In this document: positions 1 to 10,221 of the stretch, piece after piece | Numbering within the stretch: the stretch's first letter is position 1 | Layout: the number at the start of each line of letters is the position of its first letter | From: Mobula hypostoma | Lineage: Eukaryota | Length of the DNA stretch: 64,000 nucleotides | Assembly (NCBI RefSeq): GCF_963921235.1 | Contig: NC_086107.1 | Coordinates: 96,474,001-96,538,000, forward strand | Direction: 5' to 3' | The notes under the pieces: generated by a model | Database searches by the model: none | What the model saw: only the letters and a program-made list of their open reading frames with translations | What the model was told of the DNA's origin: nothing | Made by a program: the position numbers and the translations under genes

Positions 1-74
1 TGTAACATTAGATAACCTTCACTGACTGTCACCAATTTTAAGTGTCATCTGCAAAGAGACATTATGTTGAAACA

Positions 75-203
75 CAAACAAGAGACAAACTGCAATGCTG
101 GAAAACCAAGCAACACATACCAAATCTGGAGGAACTCAGCAGGCTAGGCAGCATCTATGGAAAAGAGTACAGTTGACATTTTGTGCTGAGGCTCTTTATC
201 AGG
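75..203 (-). mobile_element. Degenerate Penelope pLTR/tail fragment with a decayed hammerhead motif
   Basis: Reverse complement resembles the tcctga..agggtctcggcccgaaa..gactg...gatgctgcc...ctgctgagttcctccag tail seen at 1600-1738 and 17867-17965. Confidence 0.7.
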
Positions 204-494
204 ATTGTGTCGAAACTTCTGTGAACCACTCCTTTCATATTGTCCAGACATTACAGACCCCACCTATTGAGGGTTACAGATGTTCCCATGGGTGGGCTTC
301 CTTTACAACTAATGTCACTCCATTAATGATTCAGTAGAGGACACCCTGCATTCTTGTATTTTGCTGCTATTATCTGCATCTAGATCTTTGACTTCCTCAC
401 CGGGAGACCACAATTAGTGCAGATTAGAACTAATATCTTCTTGCTGACAATCAACACTGGCGCATCTCAAGGATGCTGCTTAGCCCACTGCCTT

Positions 495-718
495 ATGCAG
501 AGGGTGGTGAGTGCATGGAATAGGCTGCTGGCGACGGTGGTGGAGGCAGATACATTAGGGTCTTTTAAGAGACTCCTGGATAGGTACATGGAGCTTAGGG
601 AAAATGGAGGGCTATGGGTAACCCTAGGTAAGTTCTAAGGTAAGGACATGTTCGGCACAGCTTTGTGGGTCGAAGGGCCTGTATTGTGCTGTAGGTTTTC
701 TATGTTTCTATGTTTCTA
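495..718 (+). mobile_element. CR1 LINE 3' end
   Basis: QRVVSAWNRLLATVVEADTLGSFKRLLDRYM (CR1 ORF2 C-terminus) followed by a (ttctatgt)n tail. Confidence 0.9.
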
Positions 719-1241
719 CCAGCAGTAAATTGAAGTTAAAAGCACAGACTGCAAGACTGCATATACAAGAACCAAACATTAAAGCAATGGGGTTACGTGA
801 ATGGGTTTCATCAAAGCAGTTATTTACGTCATTGTGACTTGAGCATAAGCTGGCAGACCAGACGGATGTTGTCACTTAGCATATCAAATATGGTCATAGG
901 TGACGGCAATCAATAGCTTTTGGATACTTATGATACTTGCATGAATCCCAGAATAACTTGTGACCCAGTGATCTATCTGGACATTGAGGAAGGCTGCTGG
1001 TAAGAGCCTAACTTGCTAACGTAGGGGTGGATGCTCATGCAGATTTGGAGCGCAATGTCACACCCCTTTCCAGCAATTGTACAACACCTGAGCTCAGTCA
1101 GGGCGGCTGCAGTAACAGATCGGCAAGAGGACCGGGAATTTGAAACACAGTCAGGGTGGCAATGAGGGAAACCCCTTCATCGAGGATTACTTTCTTCGGA
1201 AGCTCCTGCTGGAATGCTATAAACTCAAGGTGAAGAACCTT

Positions 1242-1737
1242 ATTTCGTCTGGGTAGCCTCCAACCTGATGGCATGAACATTGACTTCTCTAACTTCCGCT
1301 AATGTCCCACCTCCCCCTTGTACCCCATCCGTTATTTATTTATATACACACATTCTTTCTCTCACTCTCCTTTTTCTTCCTCTGTCCCTCTCACTATACC
1401 CCCTGCCCATCCTCTGGGTTTTTCCCCCCTCCCCCTTTTCCTTCTCCCTGGGCCTCCTGTCCCATGATCCTCTCGTATCCCTTTTGCCAATCACCTGTCC
1501 AGCTCTTGGCTCCATCCCTCCCCCTCCCGTCTTCTCCTATCATTTTGGATCTCCCCCTCCCCCTCCCACTTTCATATCTCTTACTAGCTCTTCCTTCAGT
1601 TAGTCCTGACGAAGGGTCTCGGCCCGAAATGTCGACTGTCCCTCTTCCTAGAGATGCTGCCTGGCCTGCTGCGTTCACCAGCAACTTTCATGTATGTTGC
1701 TTGCATTTCCAGCATCTGCAGAATTCCTCGTGTTTGC
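1242..1737 (+). mobile_element. Penelope-like element 3' end/pLTR inserted in Tx1 copy A, 12-bp TSD GTGAAGAACCTT
   Basis: Encodes FRLGSLQPDGMNIDFSNFR* (end of the GIY-YIG ORF), then a pyrimidine-rich tract and hammerhead motif. TSD at 1230-1241 and 1738-1749. Confidence 0.9.
1602..1637 (+). ncRNA. Minimal type I hammerhead ribozyme (Penelope-associated)
   Basis: AGTC-CTGACGA-AGGGTCTCGGCCC-GAAA-TGTC-GACT: stem I AGTC/GACT, CUGAnGA core, stem II GGG/CCC, GAAA, GUC cleavage triplet. Confidence 0.8.
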
Positions 1738-3447
1738 GTGAAGAACCTTTACTGTGTCCAAAACTTCACTGCTAAGGGCTTTTTCAATGTCACCTTCAAG
1801 TATATGGTGGGATGGTTGACATTGCTGTGGAACTTTTAGGAGAAAGGGAGAACTAGGTGCCGTTGTGATTTCTGAAGGTGCAGCCACTCTTGTCTGTCCC
1901 CTCCCAGAGGACCGTGTGATTGCAGTGCACATGTTCAAACCACAGGTGCTCGTAATGGATGTCCTCACCTTCGTGACCCATTACACCGAGGGAGCAGAAA
2001 ACTGCGTAGACATCAAGGACACGTTCAGGATTTGGACAAGTAAGCGCCAGGTGATGGTCAAGCTGAGGGTGAACGTGAGTATTGCCATCATCCACCCTCT
2101 CTCATTCTTCACTGTCAGAGGGAACGACAGTTACTTGCCTCATGTCGGTCAACCCAGGCTGTGCTGTAACTGCAACTCGTCTGGACGTGTCACGGCCCAG
2201 TGCAGTGCGGCAACCTGCAAGAACTACAGAACAGGAAGGCCACAGGACAAAGGACTGCAGGGGAAGCAAAACCTGTGTGGAGAGGCAGGCCACCTCTCTA
2301 CAGTCTGGCCAAAACATGCCGGCATCTACACACAAGCAACTAGAGGGGGAGCCGGAACTGAGAACCCCCAGAGAAACGGTGACACCCCCACTAGCAGCAC
2401 AGCGGCCTTAGCCGAGACTGAACTGGGGAAAGGCCGACTGCCTCGAGCTCCCAGCCCTCAGCTTTGAGACTCCAGGCCCTTCCCCAAGTGGAGGAGGGGA
2501 AAGCAGATGAGCAAGAGAATGAATGGCCGGTGGTGAAAAGGAGAATTCCCAGAGAGACAACAGACTGCTCGGAGTAAAAGGAATGGGAAGAGAAGGGCAG
2601 GGCAGCGGAAAGATGCCAGCAACCTCTCATCGTCAGAGGGTGAAGCAACAGTGGGAAATTGATAACACAGGCAGAGGAAGTGCAGAAAGGGGAAGGCAAA
2701 GAGAAAGAGAGCCAACAGGCACAAATGGGTGAGGAACAAATTCTGCCAGCCTCTTCTTATCCACGGGAGACTGAGGGCAGCACAGGAACCATTCACCCCC
2801 CAGCTCAGTCCAGGAGACCGTGAGCAGAACGGAAACTGCCATCACCACCCCCCAGTTTAGGGCTGATGAACTAGAATTCTAATTTCAGAACACAGTTATG
2901 GAGACAAAACTGCCAGCCACTGGCCATGCACAGTGTGAAGAGTGTCAATGCCTTGCAATGCCTTACCAAGTTCAAGGCTGACGTGATAGTCTTACAGAAG
3001 TATGGGCTACCATACCTCTTCAACTACCGGAGGTGGTCACGATGGTGGTCCCACCGTCTGTCTGTGTGGTCGGGGCAATGACAGTCACACTCCTGATCTG
3101 GGGATTCTGCTGCAGGGAGGCAATTTTTCAGTCATAGGAGTCAAAGCAATGGTTGGGGTCATCTCGTGGCATAAGTTCTGTACCGTAACACTCCACTGTG
3201 GTTAATTAATATGTATACCTCACCCATGCAGAGCAAGCAACTGGCTGTTCTCCAGCAGCTCCCACTGGTGACATCCTAGCCAGTCATTCTGGCTGGTGAC
3301 TTTAACTGCACTATACTGTCGCTGGGAGATCCAGCAGACTGGACAGAACCTCCAGATTCCCGGTGGAAGTGGTTAAAAAAAGCCATATTGGGTGATCTCT
3401 TCAGCATCCCTGCAGGTGGAACACATCCACAACCCATCTGGTTCAGG

Positions 3448-3625
3448 ACACACACAAAGAGATAGAGGAACTCAGCAGATTTGATCTGGGTCCTGATGAA
3501 GGGTCTCGGCCCAAAATATCGACTGTTTATTACAATTTCCAAACATGCTATCTGACCTGCTGAGTTCCTCCAGTGTTTTGTGTGTGTTGTTCTGCATTTC
3601 CAGCATCTGTAGGATCTCTTCCTTT
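3448..3625 (+). mobile_element. Short Penelope pLTR derivative with inverted head and decayed hammerhead
   Basis: gtcctgatgaagggtctcggcccaaaatatcgactg, preceded by an inverted tail fragment (gaggaactcagcag). Confidence 0.7.
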
Positions 3626-3964
3626 CAGGACAGGTCTGTTTTGTCATTAAATATTCTGTCCAGTTTTATATTCATGGCCTATAGCTAATGAAACTAATTA
3701 ATGGCTTATTGTTATCTTAGTGTTAAAACATCGAATCAGAGTTGGAGGGGACACTCCATTTCTCTCTCATGAACGATTGCTGTGTGATTAAAGACTTTTA
3801 TATTTCCCAATTACAGTATCTGCAAGGCTCCACTTCAGCACAGAGATGGATGCAAGGGTACATGTCCCAGTTCATCACCAGCAGCTGTGATGGAGGGCTC
3901 TCTGATCTGCGGACTGTTCCCAGGTACATACACAGACAGACACACGCTCACTCTCACCTCACTC

Positions 3965-4190
3965 TCACTCACTTGTACTGTTCTTCAGTTGTCCATCGAA
4001 ATCCAATGATGATGTCCACTCCTTTAACGGTGAGATCTTTGATGACTATACAGTCCTATCCTGGACCCACAAGCTCTATTGCAGGTGGGACATGTATATG
4101 TGGTAATGGTGGCAACCATGGCTGCACTTCTCCTGGCTCTCTTCTGCTGTCTTGTGGTTGTTCTTTCCATCTCCAGAATACGAGCCCCAT
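3965..4190 (-). mobile_element. RTE-clade LINE 3' end
   Basis: C-terminal YTCPTCNRACGSRIGLYSHQRSHR* C2H2-like motif typical of RTE/BovB-like ORFs. Confidence 0.75.

Positions 4191-4191
<1 letters not shown>

Positions 4192-4240
<49 letters not shown>
4192..4240. repeat. (CA)n microsatellite
   Basis: Direct observation, about 24 CA units. Confidence 0.98.
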
Positions 4241-4241
<1 letters not shown>

Positions 4242-4615
4242 AGATACTCAATTCAGAACAATTCCCTAATTCCCTTTGGTCTTACAAGGAAAGAGTTAAG
4301 TTTTATTCCTCTTCAGTTCATGCTAAAATGTGTAAATCAAACGATGTCAGCTTGGAATGTGGCGATGGCTAACTTCCCCTCTAATTGCCCAATGTTTTGT
4401 CTCTATTTTGAATACACATCATTAAGATTAGATACTCTTGAAGAATGTTTTCCTCCTTTCACTCCAGCTGTCTCTATTTCTAATTGGGTTTGTCTTGGCC
4501 AAAGGTTGCATGAGATAGAAAATGGTCTTTAAGGGTATAAAATTGGGCAAATTCTTTATGCAAGAGGGGAATCTTCTCTTTGGCTGGAGTGTGACTAGTC
4601 CTCAGAGCTAGAGCT

Positions 4616-4655
4616 GTTGCTTCTTGGCCTTTTGGCAAAGATTGAGTCTAATATC
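4616..4655 (+). pseudogene. U2 snRNA 5' fragment (nt 1-40) fused to the 5' end of Tx1 copy B
   Basis: GTTGCTTCTTGGCCTTTTGGCAAAGATTGAGTCTAATATC vs vertebrate U2 ATCGCTTCTCGGCCTTTTGGCTAAGATCAAGTGTAGTATC, 32/40 identical with no gaps. Similarity stops at nt 40. Confidence 0.85.
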
Positions 4656-7272
4656 GTGGTGGACTTGCTTTGATCAGGAGGGTTGAGAAGAGGTTAACTG
4701 ATGCAGGGCTGGATCCTCATGGGGACTGGGTAACTGATCTAACACCCCTTTCCAGTAATCGTCACCCAGCCAGGATAGCGGCATCCAACGGAGGATCTGG
4801 GATCCAAAACGGTGTCAGGGTGGCAGTGGAGGATCTCGCTGAGGGAAACCCGTTCAACAGGAACTGCTTCACTCGGAAGGTTTTACTGGACTGCTGCAAG
4901 TTCGGGGCTGGGGTGGGGACATTTATTGTGCTCAAAACTTCCATGGCTCCTTTGACGTAACCTTCACATGCGTGTTGCGATGGCAGAAGTTCCTGCAGGA
5001 TATTCGGCACAAGAGGAACAAGGCACCACTGACGCGGCTGAAAGCACGGCCTCTCTTCACCATCGCAATCCGCAAAGATCGTGTGATAACATTGGGCATG
5101 TTCAACCCACATGTGCCCATTGTGGATGTCCTCATCTTCCTTGTCTGTTACACCGAGGGCATGGGAAACTGTGTAGATGTTAAGAACATGCATGGGATCT
5201 GAACAAGCAAACACCAAGTCAAGGTCAAGCTAAGGGTGGATTCCAATGGTTCCACCATCTTCCCTCCCTCAGTTTTCACCAGTGGGGTGAACCGTGGCTA
5301 CATGGTCTACGCTGGGCAACCCAGGGATTGCCGGAACTGCCACAGGGTGGGACACCTCGCGGCCCAGTACAAGGCCACATCTCGTAACCTGAACAGAGGC
5401 CAAGACTTGCAACCTCTGCGGACAGGCAGGCTACCTGTACAGGGCCTGTACGAGACGTCCCAGCACCTATGCACGGCTGACCAGAGGAGGTGCTGGTACT
5501 GAAAGGGCCCCGGCAGAGGTGGGTGCACCCACCACCCGTGCACAGGCAGCGCCCAGCATAGAATAAACTTCCACGACAGAGGAAGGACCAACACCTCCAC
5601 CCAGAACCCCCAGGGCCCCCCACAAGATAAGGAGGAGCCCATGGAGGAGGAAAGAGCCGAGGGAGAAGAAGGTTGGAACGTGGTGATGTGGAAATGGGAG
5701 AAGTCCCAAAAGGTTGCGCCCAAACAACGAAGGGCAGAGGAACAGAGGGGAATTCCAAGAAAAGGGTGGGGGAGCACACAGCTTCCGGCCTCCTGTCCGC
5801 GTCGGAGGAGAAAGGCATTGGAGGAGGCCAGCAGCACGGACAGAGGAAGCGGCTGGCAAAAAGAGCTGAGAGAACAGAGGGTGGCATAGGTCTACTGGCC
5901 AGCCCCCAGGTACAGGAGGAGAGCAGCAAGGAATCAGCCGATCCCTGCTCTGGGAATCGTAAAGAGGCCTCTGGCTCCTAGCTCCAGGAGACCAGGAGTA
6001 GAAAGGAAGCCAACAACCCCCCAGCTTCGGGAAACCGGGAGCAGCGAGAAGATCACCAACACCCAGGAGCAGAACTTGCGTCTGGCGCACTGCAGCCAGA
6101 AGGGGAGGCGAATCCAGCAGAGAACAACCCCCCCAGGCTCAGAACCAGAACTGCCACACCCGGGGGAGGATTACCCGCAGTACCTGAGCCCACAGAAGGT
6201 GAAGGACTTCACAAAGGCGGTGGGCATGAAGGCTCAGGACTGCGAAGGTGAGGACGGAGAGCAGCCGAAATAAAGTTTGAACTATGATGGACCTTAAACT
6301 GGCTGCACTAAATGTGCGCAGTTTGAAGTGTACTGGGCGATGCGTCAGCGCACTCCAGTACTTGAACAATGTTAAAGTAAATTTGACTTTCCTGCAGGAC
6401 TGCGTACTACCACACCTCTGCAACTACCGAAGGTGCTTGCAGTGGTGGCCCCAGGGTCTGTCGGTGTGATCAGAGGGGCAATGATTGTCATGTTTCCGGC
6501 CTGGGGATTATGCTACGGGGAGGCAACTTCTCAATCACCCAAGTTGAAGAGGTGGTTGCGGGTGCCTCACCAACAGGCACCAGGACCTCGCCTGGCTGGC
6601 GGTGAGAGGGGCCCTCCCAGTCAGAGCCCTCCTGTACACCCGGAACGTCGTCTCCGCACCCCACTGCCCACGGGAGGACTGCAGTGAGGAGGAGTCTGTG
6701 ACCCACCTCTTTGCACACTGTCAGTTCGCAAAGAGGGTGTGGAGGAGGATGGACGGGCTAGTGTCATGTTTCATCCCCAGCAGCTGCGTAACAGAGGACT
6801 CTCTGATCTACGGGCTGTTCCCAGGGACGCACACGGAGACCAACATCTGGTGCTGCTGGCAGATCATCAACTTGGTGAAAGATGCTCTTTGGTCGGCCCG
6901 TAACTTGATGATCTACCAGCACATGGAGATGTCCGTGGGAGAATGCTGCCGACTGGCACATTCTCGGCTGTAGGAGTACGTGCTGAGGGACGCACTGAAA
7001 CTCGGTGCAGCCACCGCAAGGGCCCGGTGGGGAAGGACCACAGTATTGGTTTCTCCACCCGTGGGAGTGGGAGGGGTCGGGAGGCGGAGGAACCCCCTGA
7101 ACTATGGTGTATTGTATAATATGAACCACCAGAGTGCCACGTGAGAGACAGAATTATTTTACACTGTATGGAAAGTATTGACAATGGCTGTAAAGAACGT
7201 AGAGTTATTGAATGGTTTATTGTTGTAAGTACTTTTTAAAATTGTGGATGAAGTTTATGTTTTTAAAGCAAA
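4656..7272 (+). mobile_element. Tx1-clade (Keno-like) retrotransposon copy B: ORF1, APE N-terminus, then directly the zf-RVT C-terminus and 3' UTR (RT missing)
   Basis: ORF1 pieces 4670-5502 (GQPRDCRNCHRVGHLAAQ knuckle). ORF2 start at 6284 (LAALNVRSLK..FLQD). 6602-6973 CPREDCSEEESVTHLFAHCQFAKRVW. A/T-rich 3' end. Confidence 0.85.
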
Positions 7273-7479
7273 GAGCTAATGGTAAAGCTAGAAGTAGAGC
7301 TGGAGGGAGGTGGATCACTATTCTTTTGTCTCTTTTCCTCTATAACTTGATTAAAAGTTTATTTTTGAATATCATACATGTTGATTGCTTCCTTTGTTTG
7401 TGAATGTCTCTTGCTGCTGAATCAGGAAAGGACCAGTCATGAAACTTTAAAAAATTTTCATTGTAAGTCTATCCAAAAC

Positions 7480-7868
7480 TTGTTGCTCTCGCAGCACACT
7501 GAGATGTCCGTGAGGGAATGCTCTTGCCTGGTACTTTCCACACTGCAGGGGTACGTGGCTGAGGAACACACTGAAACACAGTGCGGCCAACTCAAGGGCT
7601 TGGAGGGGAAGGACCTCTGTACCTGCGCTCTTTCCACTACCGTACACAGAGGGTCTGGGTGGGGTGGGGCAGCCCCTTCTACAGTCAAAGGATTCATCAG
7701 CCTAGGGAGTGACGGGAGCAGCAATGGAGTTGGGTTTGTTTATGTCTTCCTATCACTAAAGTTTACACCCACTGAATGAACCATCCAAGAATGTAAATGT
7801 TTCATTTGAAATTTCTTCATTTGTATGCATTTTTGATTACCAATAAAGACTATTTTGGAATTTAAAAA
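7480..7868 (+). mobile_element. Older Tx1 3' end fragment
   Basis: QHTEMSVRECSCL parallels QHMEMSVGECCRL at ~6920. Ends aataaagactattttggaatttaaaaa. Confidence 0.75.
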
Positions 7869-7875
7869 GTGGAGC

Positions 7876-7923
7876 CCTGGCAGGGGGAGTCAGTGACCAC
7901 TGTGGCCGATATCCCAGGATGGG
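7876..7923 (+). pseudogene. U1 snRNA stem-loop I-like fragment at the 5' end of Tx1 copy C
   Basis: CCTGGCAGGGG..TGACCAC..(11 nt)..TCCCAGG matches U1 CCTGGCAGGGG..TGATCAC..(11 nt)..TCCCAGG, and the stem can still pair. Confidence 0.5.
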
Positions 7924-9262
7924 AATCATGAAATTCAGGGGGGAAGACAACAAGGATTCTGTGGCCAAGTGGGCCTGACCAGAGTTTAACCTGCTGACAC
8001 AGAGGTGGATCCAAATGCTGAATGGGAAACCAGTCCAACAGCTCCTTCCAGCACATAACCTGTTATAACCAGCTCCATCGTGATGGCAGTAGTGGTAAAC
8101 ACCTCAGGGGGAGAACAAGGGATTCACAACACTGGCAGGGGGATTGTAAAGGATCTGAATGAAGGGAACCCTTGACACAGAACCTCTTCATCAGCAAGGT
8201 CTAGCAGAAAGCTGCTGATTTGAGACAAACAATATCTACAGGACTTCACAAGTCCCAGCTAGAATCATAGAGTAATACAGAAGAAACAGGCCATTCAGCC
8301 CAACTGGTCCTTGCTGACCACAACATCCTCCCTGTTAGTCACAGTTATCTGTGTTCAGCCCATGTACTGATCTAAATGGGCTGTGAATGTCATGTCAGCA
8401 TCATAGCTGCCAGAGGAAGTGGACAAGTTAGGTCATTCTCGGTGATCGATACCCTCTGTGAAAAGTTAACTCTCAGTTCCGTTAAACTGTCCCCTCTTCT
8501 CTTGTACCTGGCAGGATGGCAGAAGCTGCTGCCGGACGTCCGGGAAAGGGGAATGAAGTGCCACTGTCGCTGCTGAAATCACAGCTACTCTGCACTCTAG
8601 TCACCGAGAAAGAGCATGCAATAATGGTGCCTACAGAACTGTACAAGTCTTAGCACATATATATAACTGGGTGCCCAAGACATTTGCACAGTACTGTATT
8701 TGTCAATGGGGAGTGGAGAGCAAGTTTGTAAATCCGGCGGGAGCAAAGAGTGCTGGGAATGGCGAGGGTGGAGACGTGGGAGGGGTATGGGGGCAAGTGG
8801 CAGAGAAGGATTACCAGTGGTAGGGGGGTGGCATGGGTACAGACACACCCAGCTCTGAGACACCAGGCAAGGTCATTTGATTCTAAACAATTGATCATTA
8901 CAGAATGTCTCTCTTCCCACTCTCTCCTCTCTCCCTTCCCCTTTCCCCAACCATGATTCCCCTCTTCCTGCCCCCTTCCCACTCCCAGTCAACAATGGAG
9001 ACCCGTATCAGAATCATGTTTATCATCACTCACATATATCATGAAATTTGTTTATTTTTTTTGCAGGGGCAGTACAATGCAATACATAGAATTACTACTG
9101 TACTGTGCAAAAGTCTTAGTCCCCCTGGCTATGTACATGTATGTGCATAAGACTTTTGCTCAGAACTGTATGTTCAACCCACGTGCCCATTGTGGATTTC
9201 CTCACCTTCCTGTCTCGTTTCATCAAGGGAGCAGGAACTGCATCCACATCAAGGATCGATAA
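7924..9262 (+). mobile_element. Tx1 copy C: leader and heavily decayed ORF1, interrupted by a CR1 scrap (~8260-8500) and a Tc1-like MITE
   Basis: Leader 7981-8052 is homologous to 1003-1074 and 4689-4755. tgttcaacccacgtgcccattgtgga at 9171 matches copy B at ~5098. Confidence 0.7.
8634..9168. mobile_element. Tc1/mariner-like non-autonomous element with TA TSD; each end is a small TIR palindrome
   Basis: cagtactgtgcaaaagtctt-type TIRs occur four times (8634, ~8677-8697, ~9098-9118, ~9149-9168). Flanked by TA, and Tx1 ORF1 resumes on both sides. Confidence 0.75.
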
Positions 9263-9264
9263 GG

Positions 9265-9860
9265 CGCTGTCTGTAGCATTGAGTCTGGCTCCATGGCTCA
9301 GTAGGGAAGTTGGGGACAAGAGGAGCACAGTGGTGATTGAAGATTTAATAGTTAGGGGAGCAGACAGGAGACTCTGTGGGCTAGAAGGAGACACCTGGAT
9401 CGGGTGCCGGATTCAAGGACGTCTCAGGTTGCATGTGAGCATCCTAAATGGGGAGAAGTTGTGGCACATATTGGTACAAATGATGCAGGAGGGAAAAGGG
9501 ATGAAGTCCTGAAAAGAGAATATATGGAGCCCGGCATGAATTTGCAAAGCAAGACTTCAAGGGTAGTAATCTCTGGATTGCTGCCTGTATCAGACATCAG
9601 TAAGGGTAAGAATAAGATGATCCATTCCCCTTTCAGACCCAATCTCCTACCTTCTCCCCATATCCCTTCATGCTCTGACTAATGAAGAATTTATCAACCT
9701 CTGCTTTAATTATACCAAATGATTTGGTCTCCACAGCCGCCTATGGCAACAGGTTCCACAGATTCACCATGCTCTGCCTAAAGAAATTCCTCCTCATCTC
9801 CATTCTAAAAAGACGTCCCTCTATTCTGAGGCTGTGCCCTCTTGTCTTAGATTCCCCCAC
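9265..9860. mobile_element. CR1 ORF1 (SGNH esterase) remnant on + (9265-9620), followed by a CR1 3' fragment on -
   Basis: VVIEDLIVRGADRRLCG / VVAHIGTND / RVVISGLLPV motifs; typical reverse-strand CR1 C-terminal sequence. Confidence 0.75.
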
Positions 9861-10221
9861 TGTTGTAGCGTGGATGAAATCACTGGACAGACAGTTTCTG
9901 GTAGATACAAAGCATCTTCTTTATTCGACACAACAAGGTACAGGCGGAGACGCTTCCTGTAGAAAGGTCTGCTAGCCCAATGTGGGCTCGATATTTATAT
10001 GCTAAACTAAAAGGCAATCGCTACTTAAAAAGTTATAGACAATGCTTCCTTTTGAAGCTACGTACAAACATCACACCTTCTGACTTCATCTTTTCCTTCC
10101 AATGCCAACATGTCTGGGTTGATATCCACAGCCCCTAGGAATGCAAGTTAAATCCACAATACATTTATTTGGCATTTTACGTGCTAACATAGAAGATAAT
10201 TAATATTTATAAAGTATAGAT
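9861..10221 (-). mobile_element. Truncated LTR of the same ERV family as 19839-24051
   Basis: Diverged reverse complement of ~23685-24051. Begins tgttgtagcgtggatgaaat, the reverse complement of the LTR end atttcatccacgctacaaca. Confidence 0.9.

Larger units (their letters stand above)
975..3430 (+). mobile_element. Tx1-clade non-LTR retrotransposon copy A: leader, decayed ZCCHC3-like ORF1 and start of the APE endonuclease; interrupted by a Penelope insertion
   Basis: ORF 1865-2467 (DRVIAVHMFKPQV..WTSKRQVMVKLR..GQPRLCCNCNSSG, CCHC-like). Endonuclease-like remnants at ~2900-3330 (ILAGDFNC). Colinear with copy B. Confidence 0.8.

Noticed and set aside
900..975. snRNA head on Tx1 copy A
   Set aside because: Only short words (atactta, acttatga) resemble U1/U12; there is no extended alignment.
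1865..2467. Host ZCCHC3 gene
   Set aside because: Three decayed copies are each embedded in retrotransposon context (two followed by an APE ORF2 start), so this is Tx1 ORF1 rather than the domesticated gene.
4024..4532. CV/HT-repeat ORFs
   Set aside because: Translation of the (CA)n microsatellite.
4616..4655. Functional U2 snRNA gene
   Set aside because: Only nt 1-40 are present with 8 mismatches; no Sm site or 3' stems, and no recognisable PSE.
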